Positions 1 to 9,153 of a DNA stretch of 45,540 nucleotides are shown here, piece after piece. The notes beneath the pieces are model-generated. The model searched no databases and was not told where the DNA came from. It saw only the letters and a list, made by a program, of their open reading frames with translations. The stretch's first letter is position 1. Each line of letters opens with the position of its first letter. Both the position numbers and the translations under genes were made by a program. Source of the stretch: Promethearchaeota archaeon Loki_b32 (GTDB lineage: Archaea; Asgardarchaeota; Lokiarchaeia; Sigyniarchaeales; SOKP01); assembly GCA_005223125.1 (NCBI GenBank), contig NJBH01000032.1:1-45540 (forward strand), given 5' to 3'.

Positions 1-113
1 ATGGTATCGACAACGATGGAGACGGGTTGATAGATGAGATCGAGCCCAATAAGCCTGAATTGAAGATTCCCGGGCGGATACCCAACAAAAATTACCGCAT
101 CTTCAGTCGATAG
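1..113 (+). CDS. Partial CDS (3' end) with a DGIDNDGDGLIDE acidic, putative Ca-binding repeat
   Basis: Frame starting at nt 3 reads (D)GIDNDGDGLIDEIEPNKPELKIPGRIPNKNYRIFSR* (TAG 111-113). DGxDNDxDGxxDE is a typical surface-protein Ca-binding repeat. Local GC is visibly higher than in the rest of the window. Confidence 0.4.
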   Translation, partial: GIDNDGDGLIDEIEPNKPELKIPGRIPNKNYRIFSR

Positions 114-225
114 CACACAGATTTATTCTTCAAACGACATAAATGGGTTCAGAAGACATAAAGAGATAGCGGCCATAAACGTTGATGGAACAAATTATAA
201 CGTTACGGGGGTCTATTCTCCCCCG

Positions 226-564
226 ATGTTATTTTCTTCTGCTAATTTTAATATTGGAGACATTTCTGCAATGTTCCATAAGTTATATGGATCAGAAGAT
301 GGAAATTATTTTGAGCTTGGATTTGGAAAAGAGTATCCAATTAATGATAGATTTAGGTTTTCAACTTCAATGGGTCTTGCATATAACGACAGGGCATTCA
401 GAGAAGAATCTGGAGTAAGTCATTCTGAAAGCAAACTTGGTATGTCATTAGATCTTACAGATAATGTTAACTTTAGTTCAAATGTAGGATTTGTAAATCC
501 TTGGACAGAAGATATGGAAGGCGGAACTAATTTTACAACCAGTGTTAGTTATAATTTAAGATGA
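226..564 (+). CDS. Fragment resembling the C-terminal strands of a beta-barrel (TorF-like) membrane protein
   Basis: Alternating polar/hydrophobic strands (YFELGFGKEY, FSTSMGLAY, LGMSLDL, FSSNVGF, FTTSVSYNL). The frame is open upstream to nt 64, so the true start is uncertain. Confidence 0.35.
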   Translation: MLFSSANFNIGDISAMFHKLYGSEDGNYFELGFGKEYPINDRFRFSTSMGLAYNDRAFREESGVSHSESKLGMSLDLTDNVNFSSNVGFVNPWTEDMEGGTNFTTSVSYNLR

Positions 565-653
565 AAAATTTAAAAAGGGACATTAGTAAGTCGTTAAAAT
601 ACTTAAGCAAAATAACCGCCGAAAGGTTAAAGATATTAGTTATTATCTTATAA

Positions 654-1019
654 CTAACCTTGAAATGAGGAAAATTGATTAAAAATTGCCTTAGCATCAC
701 CCTCAATCCTTGCAAAGATATTGACTGGGCTAGCAGCAACAGGCTTATCACCCGAACTTGCGGGTGTTGGTCCCCAAAAAATACAGAATCCTTGGCCACT
801 TATCCAATATCCTACATCTCCAACTTCACATTCGGTTTGAGAGTCTTCTTCGGGAATAGAAACTGGACAATCACCATATAGCTCTTCACCCCATCTCGAT
901 AAATTCACATCAAATGGTAGAGCTTCCCCGATTGCTTGGCATGTTTTTGGATTTTTATCTATTAACAGTTTCGCTTTTACTTCTCCAATTTTTTCATTTT
1001 CAATTATTATGGATTTCAT
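654..1019 (-). CDS. Cyclophilin-like fold protein (TM1367/DUF369-like)
   Basis: Motifs PKT...LP, RWGEELY, EVGDVGYW, FCIFWGPTP, AASPVN. The C-terminus may be slightly short. Confidence 0.85.
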   Translation of the reverse strand: MKSIIIENEKIGEVKAKLLIDKNPKTCQAIGEALPFDVNLSRWGEELYGDCPVSIPEEDSQTECEVGDVGYWISGQGFCIFWGPTPASSGDKPVAASPVNIFARIEGDAKAIFNQFSSFQG

Positions 1020-1175
1020 GGTACGATATTAAAAATTAGAGTTTTAACAAATATAATAATCATTTATATTTAAATAGAATAAATAGAACAATACAAATAA
1101 AACTAAAAACCAAATATAATTTTGTTAAACAATAATAATTATAAGTATTATAAAAAAGTAAAAGAGTTTTAGAAT

Positions 1176-1619
1176 ATGGACCAAAATAATGTTGAAAAAT
1201 TACCATCAAATCCAATTGAAGCTCAAGGTTTATTGATTAAAGCTGTGTATAAAAAGTTTGGAGTAGAAGTATTGCCTATTATAAAAGATGTTTGTAGGAA
1301 ACAAGGAAAGTCATTAGGCCTAAAAGTAAAAAAAAAACTTCCAAATAACAATTTAACTACTGTCGCTAAAGCATTTTCGAAAAGTTTTGATCAAAATTTC
1401 GTTAAAATAATTTCGATCTCGGATGAAAAATTCCAAATTCATGGTACCAAGTGTCCATTTGGTCTTGAAAATACCTCTAGAGAATTATGTGAAGCTGTTA
1501 TGGCTATTGACCATGAGTATTTTCGTGAAGCGGTTAGTGATAAGATCGAACTCAAGATTTTTAAAACTGTTGCAGCAGGAGACCCATATTGTGATATCGT
1601 TTACGAAATAAAGAGATAA
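1176..1619 (+). CDS. ATC-hydrolase/V4R-like small ligand-binding protein
   Basis: 147 aa with TKCP...LC...D and TVAAGDPYCD Cys pattern. Confidence 0.65.
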   Translation: MDQNNVEKLPSNPIEAQGLLIKAVYKKFGVEVLPIIKDVCRKQGKSLGLKVKKKLPNNNLTTVAKAFSKSFDQNFVKIISISDEKFQIHGTKCPFGLENTSRELCEAVMAIDHEYFREAVSDKIELKIFKTVAAGDPYCDIVYEIKR

Positions 1620-1645
1620 TCATATTCCTAGGAATATTATAAACT

Positions 1646-2458
1646 ATGATTATAGAAAAAACAGTAGAATTAATCAACCAAATTTATAAAACCCATAAGA
1701 TTATTCCTCCTAAAGTTACAAAAGTAGTAGTCGGGTTGGGTTATACCTGTGTGGAGGTTTCTGCTTATGCTTATGAACCCTTTTTAGGCTTAGCATCGAC
1801 CCTACAAAGTATTATTACTAAAACTGAATGTAGTAAAATCAATTTTGCTGGTGAACTTACTAATTTCTCTATAAATGAGCTTTTAAACTGGTCTTATGAA
1901 GCACCTAGTCTTAAAAAAATCATAGGGATCGCAACATTGAACGGCGTTTCTCAACATATACTAAAAATATTAAATCCTTATAAAAAATTTAAAGGTAATT
2001 TGGTAGATCTGCTTAATATCAATGAAAAAACTAATGTAACGTTTATAGGATTAATGAAACCTTTAATAAGAGAGATCAGTAAAGCATCACAACTGATTAC
2101 AATAGTAGAGGATTCACTCGTAATTTCTCCAGAACTTAAGAAATTTAAATTCAGGCATGATATTAATCAATTAGACGATAATGACCTTATAACAGATATC
2201 TTATTTTGTACAGGAACAACAATAATTAATAATACTCTTGAATTAATCTTAGAGAAATTTAAAAAAAAAGCTCAAAAAATAATAGTAATCGGTCCAACTG
2301 CGAGTATGATTCCGGATATTTTATTTGATTATGGGGTGAATATAGTTGGCGGTATGGAAATCTTCGATTCACAAGCAACGATACAAATTGTGCAAGAAGG
2401 AGGGGGTACTAAATTATTCAAAAAATATGGAAAAAAATATAACTTAATTAAGGAGTAA
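1646..2458 (+). CDS. DUF364-family Rossmann-like protein (putative metal-binding)
   Basis: Motifs VGLGYT, IGIATLN, TGTTIINNTL, VIGPTAS...LFDYGVNIVGG. Confidence 0.8.
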   Translation: MIIEKTVELINQIYKTHKIIPPKVTKVVVGLGYTCVEVSAYAYEPFLGLASTLQSIITKTECSKINFAGELTNFSINELLNWSYEAPSLKKIIGIATLNGVSQHILKILNPYKKFKGNLVDLLNINEKTNVTFIGLMKPLIREISKASQLITIVEDSLVISPELKKFKFRHDINQLDDNDLITDILFCTGTTIINNTLELILEKFKKKAQKIIVIGPTASMIPDILFDYGVNIVGGMEIFDSQATIQIVQEGGGTKLFKKYGKKYNLIKE

Positions 2459-2538
2459 TGTGAATTTTCTATTATATTAGAAAATTTTTTCTATTGTGTA
2501 AAAAATTTTAAATTATATGTCAGGGAGGTAAATAGAAT

Positions 2539-3069
2539 ATGTCTGAACAAATTTTCACTTTTAAAACGATAGTAATTGGTCCCGCGGCTGTAGGAAAGTC
2601 CAGTCTTATACGTAGATTTGTAGAAAATCAGTTCTCTTTACATTACAAGTTCACAATTGGTGTAGACTTTATGAGTAAGGTTGTAGATTATGAAATAGGG
2701 AAATCTGCTAAACTTACATTATGGGATATAGGAGGACAAGAACGTTTTAAAGTGCTACGTAGAAGTTTTTACGAAGGGACTAATGGGGCGATTGTTGTAT
2801 TTGACCTTTCAAGAGCAGGAACATTTTCGAAAATGAAGGAGTGGCTTTCAGATGTGCGTCAAGCAATTGAGATAGATTTTCCTGCTTTAATTGTAGGGAA
2901 CAAATCTGATTTAATTCCAGAAATTGGTATAGTAATTGATCGAAATGAAATTGAACAATATTCTAAAAAGGAAAACACCATCTATATTGAAACATCAGCC
3001 AAAACAGGCGATAATGTAGAAAAAGCCTTTCTTGAACTTACTCAAAGAATGGTACAAAGATGCATATAA
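2539..3069 (+). CDS. Rab-like small GTPase (copy 1)
   Basis: G1 GPAAVGKSS, G2 TIGVDF, G3 WDIGGQ, G4 NKSD, G5 TSAKTG. SD-like GGAGGT upstream. Confidence 0.95.
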   Translation: MSEQIFTFKTIVIGPAAVGKSSLIRRFVENQFSLHYKFTIGVDFMSKVVDYEIGKSAKLTLWDIGGQERFKVLRRSFYEGTNGAIVVFDLSRAGTFSKMKEWLSDVRQAIEIDFPALIVGNKSDLIPEIGIVIDRNEIEQYSKKENTIYIETSAKTGDNVEKAFLELTQRMVQRCI

Positions 3070-3273
3070 TTAACTGGCAAGATTAATTTAATTTTTTATT
3101 TAAATTTCTTCTATTTTTTGTGATCTTTTAAAAAATGATTTAGATTATTTAATTTAACGAATTATTAAGAACGTTCGAAGGACTAACAAATAAATCAATT
3201 TGATTATCGAATAACATGAATATAAATTAAAAAAGTTCTATTCAATTTTTATAAAACAAAATTTTACTCATTT

Positions 3274-3798
3274 ATGGCAGAATATTCATTTAAGATAATC
3301 ATTATTGGTCCTGCTGCAGTGGGAAAATCCAGCTTAATTCGACGATTTGTAGATAATAAATTCTCCTTACAATACAAATTTACCATAGGCGTTGATTTCA
3401 TGGCTAAAATTATCGAGTATGAGCCGAATAAATCCGCTAGACTTATGCTTTGGGATATAGGCGGGCAAGATCGATTTAAAATGTTACGTCGTAATTTTTT
3501 TGATGGAGCTAATGGAGCACTAGTAGTATTTGACCTTTCCCGAGCCCAAACCTTTTCTAAAATGAAAGAATGGATCTCAGATATGCATAAATTAATGAAA
3601 ATAGAAATACCTTTTGTCATCTTAGGAAACAAAGTCGATCTACTTACTGAAATAGGTGAAGTAATAGATCGAAATGAGCCCCTTCAATACTCTGAGAAAA
3701 ATGACAGTGTTTATATTGAATCCTCAGCTAAAACTGGTAATAATGTCGAAAAAGCCTTTGTAGAACTTACCCAAAGAATTGTACAAAAATTCTCCTAA
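3274..3798 (+). CDS. Rab-like small GTPase (copy 2)
   Basis: GPAAVGKSS, TIGVDF, WDIGGQ, NKVD, SSAKTG. Close paralogue of copy 1. Confidence 0.95.
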   Translation: MAEYSFKIIIIGPAAVGKSSLIRRFVDNKFSLQYKFTIGVDFMAKIIEYEPNKSARLMLWDIGGQDRFKMLRRNFFDGANGALVVFDLSRAQTFSKMKEWISDMHKLMKIEIPFVILGNKVDLLTEIGEVIDRNEPLQYSEKNDSVYIESSAKTGNNVEKAFVELTQRIVQKFS

Positions 3799-3864
3799 TT
3801 TTGCCGATATTCTAATAATATTACAACATAAAACGACTTTTTTAATCTTTTTAAATTCACCGAT

Positions 3865-3884
3865 TTAGAAAATTTTTAAATATA
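3865..3884 (+). promoter_or_regulatory. Putative archaeal BRE-TATA promoter of GTPase copy 3
   Basis: TTAGAAAA-TTTTTAAATA begins 57 nt upstream of the ATG. The same 13-mer TTAGAAAATTTTT begins 62 nt upstream of copy 1 (2477-2489). Confidence 0.4.
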
Positions 3885-3921
3885 AAATTTAGATTATTTA
3901 ATAAAACAAATTTTATGCATT

Positions 3922-4458
3922 ATGTCACTTTATGTATTTAAGGTCATAATAATAGGACCTGGAGCTGTCGGAAAGACTTCTCTCTTATACAGATTTGTAG
4001 AAAACAAGTTCTCTTTTCGATATAAGATGACTATAGGTGCGGATTTCCTTTCAAAAACTATTCAAGATCATCCTAAAGCAGGAACAACAGTAAAATTGCA
4101 AATCTGGGATATTGGGGGTCAAGATCGATATAAATTCTTAAGATCCAGCTTTTTTGATGGTGCTAACGGTGCCTTTATTGTTTTTGATCTATCACGTTGG
4201 CATACTTTTGAAGAAATTGAAGACTGGTTATCAGATTTGCATGAATTTGCAGGTGAAAACATCCCTTTTGCATTGATTGGAAATAAGGTTGACTTAATTG
4301 ACAAAAAGGATGAACTCTATGAACGAGAAAGTGCTCAAGTATTTGCTAAAAAAGAACAAACTTATTATATCGAAACCTCCGCAAAAACAGGGGAAAAAGT
4401 GGAAGATGCTTTCTTGAATTTAACGGAAAGAATGTTAAAAAACGTAAGTTATAAATAA
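3922..4458 (+). CDS. Rab-like small GTPase (copy 3)
   Basis: GPGAVGKTS, TIGADF, WDIGGQ, NKVD, TSAKTG. Confidence 0.95.
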   Translation: MSLYVFKVIIIGPGAVGKTSLLYRFVENKFSFRYKMTIGADFLSKTIQDHPKAGTTVKLQIWDIGGQDRYKFLRSSFFDGANGAFIVFDLSRWHTFEEIEDWLSDLHEFAGENIPFALIGNKVDLIDKKDELYERESAQVFAKKEQTYYIETSAKTGEKVEDAFLNLTERMLKNVSYK

Positions 4459-4467
4459 GATTTTCTG

Positions 4468-7400
4468 TTAATCTACAATTTTTAGTAATGAAAATGATAA
4501 GAGATTCGTAAAAAATTTTGCTAAATTCCTTCTATTCATTTCGTTTTTTAAATCTTCATTTTCAAATACGAGATTATCTAATTTCTTCTCTATTAACTGT
4601 AAATCTCTCTTAATAAACTTAATATCTTCTTCTACTTTTTTAAGTTTATTTAATCGTTCTTGCTTCTTTATTAAATCTGTCATTTTTTCTATATTTTGAA
4701 GTTGTCGCGGTGTTAATCTTTTATTTTTATTTCGCTCTAATGTTTGATTTAATGATTCAATTTTAAAATTCAAAGTTCTTTTCCTATGCGAGAAAATCTT
4801 TTCTTTTTTCTTTCTTTCTTGATTAAAAATAGTATTATTTAGAGTTTTAATTTCTCTTTTCCAGATTGATGTTTTTGATTTAACGATTTTTTTTGCTTCT
4901 TGTTGAAGTTTACTAATAATATAATAATCAATATTTAATTTCTCTAGAGCATCTTTAACCAGAAATAATTCATTAAAGTTTTCGATATTTAAAATTGTAT
5001 CCGCAAAATTCTTAATTTCATTACCAAATTCATCAACAACAATTGCTATGATTTGATTTTCATTAATGTAGCCTTGAAATTTAACTGAAAATATAAAAAG
5101 ATATAGTTCTTCTTTATATATTGATTCGAAATCATAAAATCTTTCTAATACTTTTCTATTTAAATTCAAGACGCTTAAATTTCCTTTAAATTCATCACTT
5201 ATGCAATAATCCAATATATTATTGATTAAAGGATGTCCTAAAGCAAAAAAATCAATTTCTTCTTTTTTTCTCGCGAGTTCTAAATTAAATGTTCCTTGAT
5301 ATTCGCTTAATAGGTTATAATTAGGATTTTTTAATAAAATATCTTTAATTTTTATTTCTGATTGAAATTCAAAATCATCTTTAACTCTTTCGTATATATT
5401 TGGAATGTCTTCTAAAGATCCATATACCTGATTATCAAGTTTTAAAAATTGTTTTATTAACAAATACAATTCATTATGAGTAAGTTTTACATCTATGCAT
5501 GATGCTAATGAACTGATTAGCCCTTCCATCTGAAAGGATCTTTTATCAATCATTAGATCATCCAATTGCATCTCAATTTCTTTTGCTTTTCTTATTTCAT
5601 CATCTAAAGTTCTATAAAATTCATTTAATTTCTTCCGTTTTTTCCCATCCTCTTCAGCAAAAATCACACCTTTAAAATCTTTTTCAATTCTTCCAATTAT
5701 TGGCTCTAAGATTCCGATAGATTCTTCAAAGAGTGTGATTCTTTTTATAATAGCATGTATTATATCAGTTTCCACTGTTCCTTCCATGAAGATATTGTAA
5801 ATATAAATTTCTTTTGATTTCTGGCCAATTCTATCAAGTCTACCAATCCTTTGTTCAAGTTTCATAGGATTCCATGGTAAATCATAATTTATTAAAACAC
5901 GACAGAATTGAAAATTACGTCCTTCACCACCGATTTCTGTGGAAATTAAGATTGAAAATTTATGATTTGATCTAAATCTTTCAACTGCTTCATCTTTTTG
6001 TGTTTTATCTAAGCCTCCATAAAATAATTCAACTTCAAAATCATGATTACGATTCTCAATCAAAGTTTTTAAAAATTTCAAGGTATCAACAAACTGTGTA
6101 AAAATAATTATCTTTTCTTTATGATTTTGCGAATAGATTTGGTCTAATAATTCCATTAGTTTATCTGATTTTGAATCATAAGGTAAAGTTTTTAATCTCT
6201 CATAAAATTCTTTTAATATTTTCTCTTGATTTAGAAGATCTGTTGCTTCTTCTTCTTTTTTCTTTGATTCTTTATTATTAAATACTTCGTTTAGTTCCGT
6301 ATCGAGAAATTGGTCCTCTAATTCTGATTCATAATATTCAGGATCTCCTTCTTTAATAATATTGGTATCAAGAAAAATATCTTTATATCTATTAATTTGA
6401 TCGAGTCGTCTTTCCAAGCTCTTTAAAAAGGCATATTTTGAACTAGTTAGTAGTTTTTGAAGAGTAGTTATAATAAATCCAATCCCTGCATTTTCTTTAC
6501 TTAGAGAAGAATTATAAATTTTCGCGAGATATAGTCGAATTTCGTTATAAATATCTAACTCTTGTTGAGCAGGATATACCATAATCGTATTTACTATTCT
6601 TTTGCTCAATAACTCTTCAGTAAATACATTTTTCTTTCGGTTTCTGATTAAAAATTTAGATAAAGTATGATCTTCTTCAATTTTTCTCAGTAAATTCAGT
6701 TTATATGAATCCTCTTGAATTTGGGAAAGAACTTGTTTAATCTCTTTATTTTTATCTATGTATTTGAGATCTTTTAGAAGTTTTATTGTATTTTTTACTT
6801 CAAAATTATTCAATTTATCAAGATTATTCAAGTTTGAAGTCAATAAGTTGATAAAAGGGTAGTTCTTTCTAAAATGTTCAAAATCACTAAAATTTTCAAA
6901 TACTTCTGGATGAATAAGCTCAATTAGAGAAAATAAATCAAAAGAATGAAGTTGTAAAGGTGTAGCAGTTAATAAGAGCATACCTTCAGAAGTTATACCT
7001 AAATTTTTTGCTAATTCATAATTAAGAGTTTCTCGGTAATTACCTGTAATTGAATTTATTAGATATCTTCTTAAATGATGTGCTTCATCAAAAACTACTA
7101 TATCCCATGAGATACTCGATAAGAGCTCAATATATTTTCTGTTTCGAGCAAATTGAAGCGAACAGATAATTAAATTATTGTAATAGAAAGGATTCTGGAG
7201 AATTTCTGGATGTTTATAGCTTCCTTTACGTTTTAATTCTTTTACTTTTTTACCGTCATATACAGTAAAAGTGATATTAAATTTATTTTGCATTTCAAAC
7301 TGCCATTGTTTAACTAATGACGCGGGAACTATTATTAAGATGCGTTCTGCTAAGTCTCTTGCCATCATCTCCTTAATATAAATACCTGCTTCAATTGTTT

Positions 7401-8076
7401 TTCCAAGTCCAACTTCATCTGCTAAAATAATTCTTGGGAAGTGTTCTTCAGAGAGACGATGGGTCACATTTATCTGGTGAGGCATTAATGATAATCTTGA
7501 ATTTGTAATACACTTGATTTGATATGATTTATAATAAGAATAGAATAAATTTGCCCAATATTTGATTAAGAAATTTTCAGGAGGATCAAATTTTTGTTTT
7601 GAAATAAGAGTTTTTATAGGCCTTTCATACTTAGAATAGATTTCACTCTCGTAAATTTGAGATTTTTTGCCATTCTCCTTTAGAAATTCATAGGAAATTA
7701 TTCCATTCTTAATTAGGAAATCTTTTTTATTTATATAGCCTATTCCTTGTTTTGTAACGATTTGATCCTCTTCTTGAAAAATATAATGGATAAGATCAAT
7801 CGGATGGATTATTTTAATTATGTTGTTTCTAAACGAGACTTTAAATTTAGTAATAAAATAAGTATCATCCTCATCTAAAGACTTTGAGGTGGGGATTTCT
7901 AACCTTTTTATAATTCGTCCAATCCCTAAATTTGGATTTAACCTATAAATAACTAGATTACCTACATTAAACTTTTGTCCTTGACAATAAATGTTAAAAC
8001 ATTTTGAAAATCTTGATTCTAATTCTTTTCCGCAGAAGGGGCAACTATACTTAAGAGGATTTATCTTTAAAACCAT
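4468..8076 (-). CDS. SNF2-family helicase/ATPase, RapA(HepA)-like, with N-terminal Zn ribbon
   Basis: LMPHQ, ILADEVGLGKT, DEAHH, LTATP, STEIGGEGRNFQ, YDLPWNPMKLEQRIGRLDRIGQ. N-terminal CPFC..C...C, C-terminal FFALGHPL motif and coiled coil. Confidence 0.9.
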   Translation of the reverse strand: MVLKINPLKYSCPFCGKELESRFSKCFNIYCQGQKFNVGNLVIYRLNPNLGIGRIIKRLEIPTSKSLDEDDTYFITKFKVSFRNNIIKIIHPIDLIHYIFQEEDQIVTKQGIGYINKKDFLIKNGIISYEFLKENGKKSQIYESEIYSKYERPIKTLISKQKFDPPENFLIKYWANLFYSYYKSYQIKCITNSRLSLMPHQINVTHRLSEEHFPRIILADEVGLGKTIEAGIYIKEMMARDLAERILIIVPASLVKQWQFEMQNKFNITFTVYDGKKVKELKRKGSYKHPEILQNPFYYNNLIICSLQFARNRKYIELLSSISWDIVVFDEAHHLRRYLINSITGNYRETLNYELAKNLGITSEGMLLLTATPLQLHSFDLFSLIELIHPEVFENFSDFEHFRKNYPFINLLTSNLNNLDKLNNFEVKNTIKLLKDLKYIDKNKEIKQVLSQIQEDSYKLNLLRKIEEDHTLSKFLIRNRKKNVFTEELLSKRIVNTIMVYPAQQELDIYNEIRLYLAKIYNSSLSKENAGIGFIITTLQKLLTSSKYAFLKSLERRLDQINRYKDIFLDTNIIKEGDPEYYESELEDQFLDTELNEVFNNKESKKKEEEATDLLNQEKILKEFYERLKTLPYDSKSDKLMELLDQIYSQNHKEKIIIFTQFVDTLKFLKTLIENRNHDFEVELFYGGLDKTQKDEAVERFRSNHKFSILISTEIGGEGRNFQFCRVLINYDLPWNPMKLEQRIGRLDRIGQKSKEIYIYNIFMEGTVETDIIHAIIKRITLFEESIGILEPIIGRIEKDFKGVIFAEEDGKKRKKLNEFYRTLDDEIRKAKEIEMQLDDLMIDKRSFQMEGLISSLASCIDVKLTHNELYLLIKQFLKLDNQVYGSLEDIPNIYERVKDDFEFQSEIKIKDILLKNPNYNLLSEYQGTFNLELARKKEEIDFFALGHPLINNILDYCISDEFKGNLSVLNLNRKVLERFYDFESIYKEELYLFIFSVKFQGYINENQIIAIVVDEFGNEIKNFADTILNIENFNELFLVKDALEKLNIDYYIISKLQQEAKKIVKSKTSIWKREIKTLNNTIFNQERKKKEKIFSHRKRTLNFKIESLNQTLERNKNKRLTPRQLQNIEKMTDLIKKQERLNKLKKVEEDIKFIKRDLQLIEKKLDNLVFENEDLKNEMNRRNLAKFFTNLLSFSLLKIVD

Positions 8077-8145
8077 TATCTTTATATTGTATTTAATATA
8101 AAACCAAGTAAAAATTTTAGTATTTTAAAATAGAACTGAAATAAA

Positions 8146-9003
8146 ATGTCAGATGCCGGAATTGAACCAACATATATAGGAAAAAATGAGGATTTAATCT
8201 TTATAATTCCTCAAGAATTATTTAATATGAACTTAGGTCCAGCAGAAGTGTTAGACCGTGAAAATGCAAAATTATATAGTACATATATAAGAGGCACCTT
8301 TAAAGGATTTCAGTGTGCAAGAAAAACTAAGTATGGAAATGAGAATAACACTAAAACAAAGATTCCACCCGATTTTTGGGAAAAATTTGAAAATAAGGCA
8401 AAAGAACTTGATATAGATTTCATAGGATATACTCCTGTTAATGAAAATTTTGTTTTTAAAGGTCTAAAAGTATATGGAAAAAATGCTATAATTCTCGGGA
8501 TGGAAATGAAATGGGACAAAATCAAAACAGCTCCCAGCGGAATATGTCAAATTGAAGTTTTTCGCGTATATAAAGTATTGGGAGATATTACGATTGAATT
8601 AACGGAATATCTAAAAGGTCAAGGGTATAAAAGCGAAGCACACCATCCTTTTGGAGGAAAACTTTTAGATGGACCTCACGTTGTAGCTGCAAATTTAGGA
8701 ATAATGGGTAGAAATGGGCTTATTATAACTCCTGAATTCGGACCACGACAAAGATGGAGCATGATTTCTACTGATGCTGAGATACCTAAAACTTTAAAAA
8801 GAGATTTCAATGAATTGGAAGAATTTTGCAAAGGATGTGGAGCTTGTGTAAAAAATTGCAAAGGTGGATCAGTATATGAAGAACCAATAAAAAAACCATC
8901 TGGTATAATTACTCATATTGATCGATCTAAATGCATTGAAAGTTTATTGAAAAATAATTATTGTAGTTATTGTCTTAAAATTTGCCGTCCGAGAATATCA
9001 TAA
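8146..9003 (+). CDS. Reductive dehalogenase/QueG-like cobalamin and 4Fe-4S protein
   Basis: AANLGIMGRNGLIITPEFGPRQR motif, then FCxxCxxCxxxC and C...CxxCxxxC clusters. No Tat signal; no rdhB neighbour. Confidence 0.8.
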   Translation: MSDAGIEPTYIGKNEDLIFIIPQELFNMNLGPAEVLDRENAKLYSTYIRGTFKGFQCARKTKYGNENNTKTKIPPDFWEKFENKAKELDIDFIGYTPVNENFVFKGLKVYGKNAIILGMEMKWDKIKTAPSGICQIEVFRVYKVLGDITIELTEYLKGQGYKSEAHHPFGGKLLDGPHVVAANLGIMGRNGLIITPEFGPRQRWSMISTDAEIPKTLKRDFNELEEFCKGCGACVKNCKGGSVYEEPIKKPSGIITHIDRSKCIESLLKNNYCSYCLKICRPRIS

Positions 9004-9153
9004 TTCCATTTGCCTAAGAAGTCATCTTAAAAATATAGTTATGTATCAAAAGGAGTTATATAAATTTTTAATAATAGAAATATAATAGTTATATTCAAAT
9101 TTAAACAACATTTTTTTAAATAAACTACAAATAACCTATTTTTAGGATATAAA

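Noticed and set aside
3055-3069. Prenylation signal at the end of GTPase copy 1 (QRCI)
   Set aside because: Not a CaaX, CC or CXC motif, there is no hypervariable tail, and the paralogues lack it.
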